Counted from the first letter of the stretch, positions 28,571 through 38,128 are shown. The stretch is DNA of 54,919 nt from an uncultured Candidatus Actinomarina sp. (GCA_902597375.1 CACJXH010000002.1:1-54919), one strand, 5' to 3'. Numbers and translations are program-made. Notes: generated by a model from the letters alone, not told the origin.

Positions 28571-29826
28571 AAAGAGTTTTCCTCTTTATTTCGAAATACA
28601 TTTAAAACAATAATTGGTACAACCGAAACAAAGATTAATATTGATACTGTTGAAGCCCTACCAAAATGCAGAAATTTTGAAAATTCATCCATCATTTTTA
28701 CTGCCAGAAGATTAGTTTCAAAATCTCCTCTTGTAGTAACGAAAACTATGTCATATGCTTTTAGAACAGAAACTGTCAAATAAGTAGCTACTACAACAAT
28801 TGTAGATTTTACGTATGGCATTACTACTGACAAAAATATCCTTGCCTCTGATGCACCATCAATTCTTCCAGCCTCAGTTATTTCAGCTGGTACAGATTTA
28901 ATTGCGGCAGAAAAAACAATCATTGCAAATCCAGTGAACATCCAAACCATTATTATCATTAGTAATACTGTATTTAACGGAAAGTTGGAAAACCAACTCA
29001 TCAAAGTATCATCTGGTCGTACATTCTCAAAAGTTGAAAATTTAGTTAGGTCCCGTTGTTGGAGCCATCCAATTGGCTGAGTACATCCGTCGTTGACATA
29101 ATCAATTTTTTTGCCATTTTCAAAAATATTATTTTTACAAGGATTACCAAGATTATCTGTTCCACCTGTGACTCTTAAACCATTTAAAAAACCTATTTGA
29201 GTAAGTGGCGGTGGTCTGTAAGCGTAAATAAACTTAAATATGGCGCTAGAGCCTACACCTGAAATTGCCATAGGAAGAAATATTATGGATTTAAAAATTG
29301 CTTCACCCTTTTTGAGTTTGTCTGAAACATAAGCAACAATAAGACCAATACTTATTACTAATGTAACTACACCAATTAGCCAGATAATTTGATTTCTGAT
29401 AGTAATCTGCATTATTTTATCTGAAAAAGCCCAGGTATAATTGTCAAAACCTACACTATTTTCTCCCCATTTATCTCTGAAACTCAAATAAATTGTGCGA
29501 ATAGCAGGATAGAATAAAAATAAACCTAGCAGAAATATAGCCGGTCCAACAAACATTGCTCCATACAATCCTTCTTGATAATTTTTAGGGGCATATGAAA
29601 TAATTCTATTCATTCCCGCATAAAGAAGAAAAATAAATGTTGATCCTACAACAATGGCTAGAAATATAAGTAAAGGTCGTGGAATCTTATTTGTAATTTC
29701 GCGAAACAGAATTGCCTGAGATAAAAACCACAGAAGTGGAAAAAAAGAAAATGCAACTACTCTTACCCCAAATACTAGTAATTTGTTACTATCACTTTTT
29801 ACAGACATTTTTAAATAGCTTACCAC
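28567..29826 (-). CDS. sugar ABC transporter permease (MalF-like) with an extended N-terminus and a Cys-containing extracytoplasmic insert
   Basis: EAA loop EAGRIDGASEARIFLSVVMP. Start uncertain: GTG 29826 or ATG 29808. Confidence 0.8.
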   Translation of the reverse strand: MVSYLKMSVKSDSNKLLVFGVRVVAFSFFPLLWFLSQAILFREITNKIPRPLLIFLAIVVGSTFIFLLYAGMNRIISYAPKNYQEGLYGAMFVGPAIFLLGLFLFYPAIRTIYLSFRDKWGENSVGFDNYTWAFSDKIMQITIRNQIIWLIGVVTLVISIGLIVAYVSDKLKKGEAIFKSIIFLPMAISGVGSSAIFKFIYAYRPPPLTQIGFLNGLRVTGGTDNLGNPCKNNIFENGKKIDYVNDGCTQPIGWLQQRDLTKFSTFENVRPDDTLMSWFSNFPLNTVLLMIIMVWMFTGFAMIVFSAAIKSVPAEITEAGRIDGASEARIFLSVVMPYVKSTIVVVATYLTVSVLKAYDIVFVTTRGDFETNLLAVKMMDEFSKFLHFGRASTVSILIFVSVVPIIVLNVFRNKEENSL

Positions 29827-29837
29827 TTTTCATATAA

Positions 29838-29867
29838 ACATAGCCACTCGTTTAAGAGTGGCTATGT
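29838..29867 (-). promoter_or_regulatory. intercistronic stem-loop between the SBP and permease genes
   Basis: 12-bp perfect stem ACATAGCCACTC/GAGTGGCTATGT with a 6-nt loop. Only a weak U-tract follows on the minus strand (TTATATG). Candidate partial terminator or mRNA stabiliser. Confidence 0.5.
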
Positions 29868-29884
29868 ATTAATCTTTTAGCTTT

Positions 29885-31192
29885 TTACGGCCAGGATTTT
29901 TCGATGTTATCGAGAGCGGTATCGATGTAGCTTGGACCTTGGACGGCCAATTCAGTCATCTCGCTCCAGAAAGATCCACTACCAACTTCTGGTGGCATAT
30001 TATCGGATCCATCAAATCTGAAAACGTTTGCTGCTAAAGCTGCTTTTAAGAAATCAGCTTGTTTTTGAGTTGTTGCACTCCAGTATTTTGAAGTATCAAA
30101 CCCAATATGTGCACTGATTCTTGTTGAACCTGTGCCAGCAACGTTTGTTGCAATTGCATCAAAGTAATTTTCAGACAACATGAAATCAACTACCTCTTGA
30201 GTAGCCTCATCATTTACAAGAACAGCCCACATATCACCTGCACCTAATACTGTGTCAGACGGGACTTCCATGTCTGGGAATGCAAAGAAAGTTGTTTCTG
30301 TTCCCAATCCTTCTTGTGCGTCTTCTGGCCAGAAACCAGGAATGAATGATGCTTGTCTATGCATAAAGCAACCTGGATTTCCGTTTGCATCTCTTTCAAA
30401 CATAGGATCTTGAGCATCTCCAAAGAATGTTGAAACTATTGCATCAGTTCCACCAACTACATAACCGTCAGTATGCATAATCTGACTTAAGTATGTTGCC
30501 GCATTCTTAACGATTGGATCGTTAAATGGAATCTCATGGTTGACCCATTGGTCATAAGATGTTGTTCCATTACCGGTACGAAGCATAATATCTTCCATCC
30601 AGTCAGTAGCTAACCAACCAGTTGCACCATTTGAGTACATCCCAAAACAGAATGGTGTCATTCCATCTGCAACAATTTGGTCAGCAAGAGCAATCATTTC
30701 ATCCCAAGTTTCAGGAATAGAATAACCTCTACTATCAAATTCAGCTGGTTGGTACCAAACGATACTCTTCAAGTTAACAGCATGTGCTCCACCATATGGA
30801 ACGCCATCAACTTCACCTAAACCAACTAAATATGGTGAGAAGTTAGCTCTATATTCATCAAGATCTACACCGAGATCTTCAAGTGGGATAAGATTTCCTG
30901 CTCTAGCTTGTGCTCTAACCGTTCCAGGTTGAGGCCACAAAGCAATATTCGGCGGATTACCAGCTTCGATTTGAGCCAACAATTCAGACTCAAAGTTTTC
31001 TGATCCAACGTAAGTAACAATTATTCCAGTTTCTTCAGTGAATTGTTCAAATGAAGACTGAATTGCTATTCCGTCTGGACTGTCAGTAGCTGGAGCTCCA
31101 AAATAAAGTACTTCTTCTCCTTCAAGGCTGTTTCCGCAAGCAACAGCAACCATTGAAAGGATAAGAAGCAGTCCGATTAAAGACTTTCTCAT
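29885..31192 (-). CDS. sugar ABC transporter substrate-binding lipoprotein (family 1 SBP)
   Basis: Lipobox LSMVAVAC-G. SBP family 1 look. AAGGGAG RBS. Clearly GC-richer than its neighbours. Confidence 0.85.
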   Translation of the reverse strand: MRKSLIGLLLILSMVAVACGNSLEGEEVLYFGAPATDSPDGIAIQSSFEQFTEETGIIVTYVGSENFESELLAQIEAGNPPNIALWPQPGTVRAQARAGNLIPLEDLGVDLDEYRANFSPYLVGLGEVDGVPYGGAHAVNLKSIVWYQPAEFDSRGYSIPETWDEMIALADQIVADGMTPFCFGMYSNGATGWLATDWMEDIMLRTGNGTTSYDQWVNHEIPFNDPIVKNAATYLSQIMHTDGYVVGGTDAIVSTFFGDAQDPMFERDANGNPGCFMHRQASFIPGFWPEDAQEGLGTETTFFAFPDMEVPSDTVLGAGDMWAVLVNDEATQEVVDFMLSENYFDAIATNVAGTGSTRISAHIGFDTSKYWSATTQKQADFLKAALAANVFRFDGSDNMPPEVGSGSFWSEMTELAVQGPSYIDTALDNIEKSWP

Positions 31193-31210
31193 TATTTATC
31201 TCCCTTATTT

Positions 31211-31245
31211 ATACGTACGTATGCTAAAAATAGGATATTTTTAGC
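31211..31245. promoter_or_regulatory. two adjacent palindromes in the SBP leader: ATACGTACGTAT and GCTAAAAATA-GGA-TATTTTTAGC
   Basis: Read directly. The 12-bp perfect palindrome is 31211-31222. The 10-bp-arm inverted repeat is 31223-31245. Both lie just upstream of the RBS of the SBP gene. Confidence 0.35.
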
Positions 31246-31343
31246 TAATAATCAGGGTATTAAAATTAAAGAATATTTCTATTATTTAATTAAAACTTTT
31301 TGTGTTTGAGTTGATTTTTTTATTCATATTATGTATAAAAAAG

Positions 31344-31427
31344 TGCCCGAGGGGGGACTCGAACCCCCACATCCTTTCGAATAACGGATTTTAAGTCCGT
31401 CGCGTCTACCAATTCCGCCACCCGGGC
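31344..31427 (-). tRNA. tRNA-Leu (anticodon UAA), class II with a long variable arm, no encoded CCA
   Basis: Minus-strand sequence GCCCGGGTGGCGGAATTGGTAGACGCGACGGACTTAAAATCCGT...GGGGGTTCGAGTCCCCCCTCGGGCA. A 7-bp acceptor stem (one G-U), anticodon loop CTTAAAA and a T-loop GGTTCGAGTCC. Confidence 0.9.
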
Positions 31428-31434
31428 AGCCAAA

Positions 31435-32331
31435 CTAAAAATATTTTAGAATAAGCCCTTCTAAAATATCACTTTTTGAAACTTTTAGTTGGGTAATTTT
31501 ATATTTTTTTAACAAGTTTTTTACTAGAAATAATCCAGAGGTAATAGTCACTGCTCTTTTTGGATCAAGACTAGGATATCTACTTATTATTTGTGGTACT
31601 GACAATGTTTTTAAATTTTCATAGATATTTTCAACAGAGTCATAAGAAATTATTACTTTGTCAATTTCATTTTCATCATATATTTTTTGATTTAAATATA
31701 TTGAGCCAAGAGATGTAAAAGTTCCAGAGACGCCAATTAATTGTCTATGTCCATAATCTTTATCGTGAAAAATATCATTAAAGAAATTTATTGCAGTTTC
31801 CTCTTTGTCAAAATTGATAGGATTCTCATTAAAATAATTTTCACTCATCGATACTACTCCGATATCTTTAGATTGAATATCTAACTTATGATCAATATCT
31901 GTAATAAATTCTGTACTTTGGCCTCCAATATCTACTATCAAATAATTTTCTAAATTTTCAAAAGATGACTGTACTCCTAAACTTGTAAGTAATCCTTCCT
32001 CTTCTCCAGAAATCATCTTGATTTCTAGATTAAATCTTTTTTTTACTTCATCTATAACTTCATCAGAATTCTTAGATTTTCTAAATACAGCAGTACCGAT
32101 ACAAAAAACTTCTTGTATTTTATATTCTTCAATTTTTCTCATATATTTTCTCAGTACTTTAAAAAATCTTTTTTTTGAATCGTTTGAAATCACACCTGTT
32201 TTATCAATGTTGTCACTCAATCTCGTAACTTGATGCTCTTTATGTAGATTTTCTAACTTTCCATTTTCAACTGTAGATATCAACAATCTTGTTGAATTTG
32301 AACCACAGTCAATTGCGCCAATTTCTACCAT
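31435..32331 (-). CDS. ppx: exopolyphosphatase / Ppx-GppA family phosphatase
   Basis: GAIDCGSNSTRLLI and VDIGGQSTEF (ASKHA fold). Conserved position after DUF501. Confidence 0.8.
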   Translation of the reverse strand: MVEIGAIDCGSNSTRLLISTVENGKLENLHKEHQVTRLSDNIDKTGVISNDSKKRFFKVLRKYMRKIEEYKIQEVFCIGTAVFRKSKNSDEVIDEVKKRFNLEIKMISGEEEGLLTSLGVQSSFENLENYLIVDIGGQSTEFITDIDHKLDIQSKDIGVVSMSENYFNENPINFDKEETAINFFNDIFHDKDYGHRQLIGVSGTFTSLGSIYLNQKIYDENEIDKVIISYDSVENIYENLKTLSVPQIISRYPSLDPKRAVTITSGLFLVKNLLKKYKITQLKVSKSDILEGLILKYF

Positions 32332-32870
32332 TCAGATCGCCAGTTTTCATTCTTAGTTCCCTCAACCACACAAGGTTCTTTACAATTACAACCTCCAACG
32401 TTCTCTAAAACAATTTGTCCAACAATATTTTTTCCAGTTACTAATTCGTCTGCTAAATGAGAATGTAAACATTTTATAGAATTTACAGCACCGCCAACCC
32501 CTCCGATTGGAGAAACTGTATTATTTACACTTTTATACTTTCTATTTCTTTCTTTTTCATAACTTTTTTGTCTCTTTGACCACAATTTTCTAAGCTTCTT
32601 ATTGCTATTAAGTTGATTATCTAGCTCCTTAACCATTCCATGAGACTCAAAAGTGCTAACTTTTTTTATATACATTGGGCATGTAAGCCAAAACATGGTT
32701 GGAAATGGTGTCCCATCATTAAGGTTTTTTGGAACATCAACTACGACTGGAAGGTCAAAATGACACTTAACAGCTACTTTTATTTCGCTTCTTAAATTTC
32801 TATTAAGTTGTATTTCAACAATTTGTTTTTCACTAGTCACTATTTGTTCCGACAATAAACTCCACAACAT
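32325..32870 (-). CDS. DUF501-family protein
   Basis: GTPFPTMFWLTCP block. Actinobacterial eno-ftsB-DUF501-ppx synteny. Start uncertain: ATG 32870 overlaps ftsB by 38 nt, while GTG 32840 overlaps by 8 nt. Confidence 0.65.
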   Translation of the reverse strand: MLWSLLSEQIVTSEKQIVEIQLNRNLRSEIKVAVKCHFDLPVVVDVPKNLNDGTPFPTMFWLTCPMYIKKVSTFESHGMVKELDNQLNSNKKLRKLWSKRQKSYEKERNRKYKSVNNTVSPIGGVGGAVNSIKCLHSHLADELVTGKNIVGQIVLENVGGCNCKEPCVVEGTKNENWRSEW

Positions 32871-33210
32871 ATTCTAAAAGGCCTTTACTTCTTTCGCTTT
32901 GAAGAGTTTCTTCGAGAGGTGTGACAGGTTCTGGAACTTTAAATCTATATATATTTTCTCCTGGTAGGCCATATCCATGTTGTCTCAAAATAATATCGAG
33001 CTTGTCAGGATCTTCAAGATCATCAATTTTTTGTTGAATAAAGTTAATTTCATTTCTTAAATCATTTGCATGTTCTTGCCGTGTTTCAAGCTGTGATTGT
33101 AGTGATTGATAATCTTTGAAACTTAATTCCCAAGTATCAAAAATAAAGAATACAAAAATAAAAGAAGTAATTAAAAACATTATTTTTGAAAATAAATTCT
33201 GTTTAATCAT
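32833..33210 (-). CDS. ftsB: septum formation initiator (FtsB/DivIC family)
   Basis: N-terminal TM helix followed by a coiled-coil (YQSLQSQLETRQEHANDLRNEINFIQQKIDDL). ATGA overlap with eno. Confidence 0.7.
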   Translation of the reverse strand: MIKQNLFSKIMFLITSFIFVFFIFDTWELSFKDYQSLQSQLETRQEHANDLRNEINFIQQKIDDLEDPDKLDIILRQHGYGLPGENIYRFKVPEPVTPLEETLQSERSKGLLEYVVEFIVGTNSD

Positions 33211-34481
33211 TTGCTATATCCCAATTCTTGAATATTGAATTGTTCAAAACCTATTTTTTCTCCAATTCGAAGTAACTCATTGTACTTTGCTGTTCTTTCT
33301 GATCTCGCAGGTGCACCTGTTTTTATTTGTCCACTTGAGGTGCCGACACATAAATGACTTATAAATGTATCTTCTGTCTCACCCGATCTGTGCGAAACAA
33401 TAGATGAATAGTTGCTATCTTTGGCCAGTGTCATCGTATTGATTGTTTCACTCACACTTCCAACTTGATTCACTTTAACTAAGATTGAGTTTGCACAACT
33501 ATCAGCGACTCCTTTTTCTAAGATTTTTTCTTGAGTAACAAATAAGTCATCTCCAACAAGTTGAATAGTATCTCCTATTTTTTCTGTTAGATATTTCCAT
33601 CCATCCCAGTCGTCCTCTGCTAATCCGTCCTCAATTGATATGATTGGATAGTTCGATGTAAGATTTATTAAATAATCTGACATTTCCTGGCTGTTAAGTT
33701 CGTTTCCCTCAATCCTATAAAAATCATCTGTAAAGAATTCCGAAGCTGCAACATCTAAAGCTAAAGAGACATTTCTACCTGGTTCGTAACCAGCTTCAGA
33801 AATGGATTGCATAATTTCGTCAAGGATCTCTGTTGAAGTATTAAAGTTTGGAGCAAATCCTCCTTCATCACCAACATTGGTTGAAAGCTTATTTGATTTA
33901 AGTCTTTTCTTAAGTACATGATAAATCTCAACACCTGCTCTTAAAGAGGTATCAAAAGTTTCAAAACCAAATGGTACAATCATAAATTCTTGAATATCAA
34001 CAGAGTTATCAGCGTGTGCACCTCCATTGAGAATATTCATAAAAGGAACAGGTAGAGAAGGTGGTCCGTAAATATTTGGGAAGAGTTCAAAAAGTTGTTT
34101 GTTTTGTTGATTTGCACTTGCTCTCATTGAGGCCATAGACACTGCTAAGATTGCATTTGCTCCAAGATTATTTTTATTATCAGTTCCATCTAATTCAATT
34201 AACTTATCGTCAATATTGCTCTGATCAGTTACATCCTCACCTATTAAAGTGTCTGAAATTATTGTTTTAACGTTTTCGATCGCTTTATTTACTCCCATCC
34301 CGTTATAGGATGGATCATTATCTCTAAGTTCATGAGCTTCAAGGGCTCCAGTTGAGGCTCCAGATGGTACTGCGGCACGACCTTTGATCTTATCACTCGT
34401 AGTAACTTCAACTTCAATTGTTGGATTTGCTCTTGAATCTAATATATGACGAGCATTAATGCTTTTAATTTTTTTATTCAT
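33207..34481 (-). CDS. eno: enolase
   Basis: ILDSRANPTIEVEV, SHRSGETED and KYNELLRI. Confidence 0.95.
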   Translation of the reverse strand: MNKKIKSINARHILDSRANPTIEVEVTTSDKIKGRAAVPSGASTGALEAHELRDNDPSYNGMGVNKAIENVKTIISDTLIGEDVTDQSNIDDKLIELDGTDNKNNLGANAILAVSMASMRASANQQNKQLFELFPNIYGPPSLPVPFMNILNGGAHADNSVDIQEFMIVPFGFETFDTSLRAGVEIYHVLKKRLKSNKLSTNVGDEGGFAPNFNTSTEILDEIMQSISEAGYEPGRNVSLALDVAASEFFTDDFYRIEGNELNSQEMSDYLINLTSNYPIISIEDGLAEDDWDGWKYLTEKIGDTIQLVGDDLFVTQEKILEKGVADSCANSILVKVNQVGSVSETINTMTLAKDSNYSSIVSHRSGETEDTFISHLCVGTSSGQIKTGAPARSERTAKYNELLRIGEKIGFEQFNIQELGYSK

Positions 34482-34518
34482 AACCCTGTTAATTAAAATC
34501 TAACAGAAAAAATAATCT

Positions 34519-35259
34519 TTACGAATCTATTTGATTTTTCTTAGCTTCCTGCCAAAGAACATTAATATCTGTTTCTTTATTTATATGTTTTTCAACGTAT
34601 TTTGCACGATTGATAAAGGTTTGAATAGATTTTTTTAACTCAATTTCAGGATCAGCCTCTAAGTATCTAGAAACATTAATTAGTGAAAAATATACATCTC
34701 CAAGTTCTGACTTTCTATCCTCTAAAGTGGTTGCTTCTTTAAGTTCATTTATTTCAGAAATTAAATCATCCAAAGCCTCATCATAATTTTTATAGCTTAA
34801 ATTAAGCGTCTTTGCTTTTCGTTGTACTTTGAATGCTGTATTTACTGGAGGAAGTTTCGTGTTAATGTCATCAAATATAGATTTATTGTCTTCTTTCTTT
34901 ATTTCTTCCCATTGTTTTTCGACTTCTTCAGATGAATTTAAGTTTTTTTTATCAAAAACATGTGGGTGGCGTTTTATTAATTTTTTTTGTAAAGAATTTA
35001 TCACTTCAATTATCGAAAAATAATTATTTTCAGAGGCAATTTCTGAATGTAATAGTATTTGGAGTAAAAGATCTCCTAACTCTTCTTTAAAGTCATTAAA
35101 GGATTCTGGTGAGTCATTTAAATTTGATAAAGTATCTAATAATTCGTATGATTCCTCAATCAGATGCTTTGCCAGGCTTTCGTGTGTTTGTTCTTTGTCC
35201 CACGGGCATTCTTTTCTTAATTGTGAAACTATATCAAGTAGATTATTGAAATCGTTCAT
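34519..35259 (-). CDS. mazG: MazG-family nucleoside triphosphate pyrophosphohydrolase
   Basis: CPWDKEQTHESL, EESYELLD, ELGDLLLQILLH and a second ELGDVYFSLIN repeat. Confidence 0.85.
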   Translation of the reverse strand: MNDFNNLLDIVSQLRKECPWDKEQTHESLAKHLIEESYELLDTLSNLNDSPESFNDFKEELGDLLLQILLHSEIASENNYFSIIEVINSLQKKLIKRHPHVFDKKNLNSSEEVEKQWEEIKKEDNKSIFDDINTKLPPVNTAFKVQRKAKTLNLSYKNYDEALDDLISEINELKEATTLEDRKSELGDVYFSLINVSRYLEADPEIELKKSIQTFINRAKYVEKHINKETDINVLWQEAKKNQIDS

Positions 35260-35260
35260 G

Positions 35261-36256
35261 TCAGTTGATATCTACTTTTGTTAATTTTTCACTGTTTAAC
35301 CAAGTTATGGTTTTAGATATAAAATCATCAACTGATGTGTAATTCAATCCAAGCTCTTTTTCTGCTTTCTGACCATCATATAAATGGCCATGAGTGAGGA
35401 CTCTTATTGTTTCTCCACATATAACTTCCCTTAATGAAGTAAATTTTCCAAAAATATCAAAGAGTGGACCTAAACCAACAAGAAGTTGTTTTGAGATATA
35501 TATTGGAGAACCATTCCAGTTTGTAATTGTCTTTAGATTCTCAATAAGTGTTTCGATATTCAATCTAAAACTGTTAAGAACATATCTTTCATTATTCTTC
35601 CCCTTAGTTAATCCAAGGTAATGGCCCTCTGTACAATCATCAATATCAACTGCTGATACAGAACTTTTAATTAATGGTGGAAATTTTTTATTTAGCGTTG
35701 ATATCAAAAGCTTTGCAGTTCCAGATATTCTTCCAGGTCCTTGAACAGATGAGGGATTAATCGATACAAATTCAAACTCTTTATTGAAAGAAAAAGCTTT
35801 TTCTTCTGCCAGATATTTTGACTCTTCATAATCAGAAAGAAATGTTCCTCTATGCATGGAGTCTTCGTTTCCGATACTACCCTTTTTTTCTCCAAGAGTT
35901 ACAGCAGAAGATGTATAAATAAATTTTTCGATATTTAATTTGTTCCCAAGTTCTAGCATCTTTTTAGTTCCTTCAATATTCGTTCTAAACATGCTTGATG
36001 GATCTTTCTGACATTTTTGGTTTGCCCCAGCTACATGAAATATTGCATTAATTGATTTTTTCTGAAGTTGTGAGTAAATATCATCATCGAATAAATCTCC
36101 TCGAATAATTTCAGTATTATTTGATATCAAAAATTTATCATTTATCTTATTTCTTGACAATGCATAAACATTGTGTCCTTCGTTTATGAGTTTTTTAAGT
36201 AAAGGCTTTCCCACAACACCAGTAGAGCCAGTCAAAAAAATATTTTTATATTTCAT
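35261..36256 (-). CDS. NAD-dependent epimerase/dehydratase (extended SDR)
   Basis: FLTGSTGVVG and YEESKYLAE (YxxxK). I chose ATG 36256 (MKYKNIF), overlapping the pgsA end by 11 nt. Confidence 0.75.
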   Translation of the reverse strand: MKYKNIFLTGSTGVVGKPLLKKLINEGHNVYALSRNKINDKFLISNNTEIIRGDLFDDDIYSQLQKKSINAIFHVAGANQKCQKDPSSMFRTNIEGTKKMLELGNKLNIEKFIYTSSAVTLGEKKGSIGNEDSMHRGTFLSDYEESKYLAEEKAFSFNKEFEFVSINPSSVQGPGRISGTAKLLISTLNKKFPPLIKSSVSAVDIDDCTEGHYLGLTKGKNNERYVLNSFRLNIETLIENLKTITNWNGSPIYISKQLLVGLGPLFDIFGKFTSLREVICGETIRVLTHGHLYDGQKAEKELGLNYTSVDDFISKTITWLNSEKLTKVDIN

Positions 36257-36794
36257 TCTTTGATTGAAAATAGGATACAACATATTGGTATCCAGAAATA
36301 TAGGAAAATATTAAAGCTAAGAAAACAACGACTGTATCTAAATTGACATTAATTATCTCTATTGGAAGGTCAATCATAACAAATCCTATTGCCCAAAATT
36401 GTAAGCTCGCTTTTAATTTACCGGTTTTACTTGGAGGGATAATCTTTCCTTCATTGCCTGCTAGTCCTCTGAGGCCCATGATCATAAATTCTCGCGTTAT
36501 CAAAAGAGCTGTGATCCAAATACTCACTCTTCCTATCATTGAAAATCCAACAAAAATAAAAGTAATAAAAATTTTGTCTGCAATAGTATCTAGAAATGCT
36601 CCAAGCTTTGTACTTATATCCCATTTTCTAGCCAAAAATCCATCAAAATAATCGGTCCATGCAGCAATAAATGCAAGAATTGCTGGGAATAACATTAAGC
36701 CTTGCTCTGAACCATCTTGAAGAATCAGGAATAATAAAACGGGAGAAGATAGAAGTCTAAACCATGCGAGTAAGTCGGGTAATTTATTTTTCAT
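36246..36794 (-). CDS. pgsA: CDP-alcohol phosphatidyltransferase (PgsA-like)
   Basis: DYFDGFLARKWDISTKLGAFLDTIADK, which matches D-x2-DG-x2-AR-x8-G-x3-D-x3-D. Confidence 0.8.
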   Translation of the reverse strand: MKNKLPDLLAWFRLLSSPVLLFLILQDGSEQGLMLFPAILAFIAAWTDYFDGFLARKWDISTKLGAFLDTIADKIFITFIFVGFSMIGRVSIWITALLITREFMIMGLRGLAGNEGKIIPPSKTGKLKASLQFWAIGFVMIDLPIEIINVNLDTVVVFLALIFSYISGYQYVVSYFQSKNEI

Positions 36795-37390
36795 TAGACC
36801 ACATCAATTATTCTTCTCTCCGAGGCCGTTTTTATTGCTGATTCAACATCTTTTAGAAATAAATCAATGATTTCCATACTGTCTTCAATTATAAACTCGA
36901 CTTCCTCGGTCTCGTCACTATTAAATTTTGAAAGTACGTATTCTGCGGGATCCTTTGTTGATGGTGGCCTTCCAACACCAACTTTAAATCTCCAGTAATC
37001 GTTGTTACCAATAGCTAAATCTATAGATTTGATTCCGTTGTGCCCACCATCTGAACTACTTTTCTTAATTCTAAATCTACCAAATCCAAGGTCAATATCG
37101 TCGTGTACAACAAACAGTTCATAGTCTTTTAATTCATTTTCTAATAAAAATGTTTTTAAGCCTTGTCCAGAATTATTCATTGATGTCATAGGAATAACAA
37201 CCATTATTTGCTTTCCATCAAGGTCAAATTTGCATGATTGGTATTTTCCAGAATCATCCAAAGTTAAATTTTGATTATTTTTCTGACAATAAGAAAACAA
37301 TATGTCAGCACCAATGTTGTGACGAGTATTAATGTATTTTAGCTGTGGATTCCAAAGGCCAACTAAAATAGTTTTAGATTTATTCTCCAC
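36794..37390 (-). CDS. pth: peptidyl-tRNA hydrolase
   Basis: ILVGLWNPQLKYINTRHNIG, VVHDDIDL and GGHNGIKS. I prefer GTG 37390 (11-nt overlap with rplY). The track ATG 37474 would overlap rplY by 95 nt. Confidence 0.8.
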   Translation of the reverse strand: MENKSKTILVGLWNPQLKYINTRHNIGADILFSYCQKNNQNLTLDDSGKYQSCKFDLDGKQIMVVIPMTSMNNSGQGLKTFLLENELKDYELFVVHDDIDLGFGRFRIKKSSSDGGHNGIKSIDLAIGNNDYWRFKVGVGRPPSTKDPAEYVLSKFNSDETEEVEFIIEDSMEIIDLFLKDVESAIKTASERRIIDVV

Positions 37391-38072
37391 TTTCCTCTGC
37401 TGCTTCAGGTTCCTCAGAAGCACCCTCTCCAGAATCTTCTTCGCCTTCACCAGCCTCTTCATCACCCTCTTCACCTTCGAGTTCTTCGTCGGAGACTTCT
37501 TCTTCTTCTACTACAGCTCTTGGGATTGTAATTGTCACAAGAATAGATTCATCATCTTCTGATGCGAGGGTAACCCCCTCCGGTAAATCAATATCTGCAA
37601 CAGTAACATTATCTCCAACATTTAATTCAGATATGTCAACATCAATTGATGACGGAATATTTGTTGGAAGAGCTGAAATAGATATGGTGTTGTTGACTGT
37701 TTGAACAACACCTCCTTCTTCTTTTACTCCAAGTGGTGTACCCATTAAATTAACTTGAACATCTGCTTCCACAGTCTGTGAAAGGTCAATTCTAACTAAA
37801 TCAACATGAACAATTTCATCTTTATAAGCATGTCTTTGAATTTCTCTTGCAAGTGCAGGAACATTATCCTTACCAATATTTACATTTAAAATTACGTTTG
37901 ATCCCGCTTCAGTTTTTAAGGCAGTATTAAACTCTCTAGCGTTAATCAATAAAGACTGAGGTTCTGCGCCTAGTCCATACATAACAGCAGGTATCAATCC
38001 TGATGAACGAACTCTTCTGGATTCTGATGAACCTGTTTTTTCTCTACTAGTTGCTTCTAATGTAACTTCCAT
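37380..38072 (-). CDS. rplY: ribosomal protein L25 (Ctc form) with a long acidic C-terminal tail
   Basis: RRVRSSGLIPAVMYG and HVDLVRI. The C-terminal roughly 45 aa are rich in E, G and D. Confidence 0.85.
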   Translation of the reverse strand: MEVTLEATSREKTGSSESRRVRSSGLIPAVMYGLGAEPQSLLINAREFNTALKTEAGSNVILNVNIGKDNVPALAREIQRHAYKDEIVHVDLVRIDLSQTVEADVQVNLMGTPLGVKEEGGVVQTVNNTISISALPTNIPSSIDVDISELNVGDNVTVADIDLPEGVTLASEDDESILVTITIPRAVVEEEEVSDEELEGEEGDEEAGEGEEDSGEGASEEPEAAEESGE

Positions 38073-38128
38073 AATTTCCTTAAGAATTATATAGATTAAT
38101 TAATTTTATCTTGTAATTAAAACTTAAA

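Noticed and set aside
37391-37474. Long basic N-terminal extension of pth
   Set aside because: It lies out of frame within the acidic tail of rplY. A GTG at 37390 gives the canonical Pth N-terminus.
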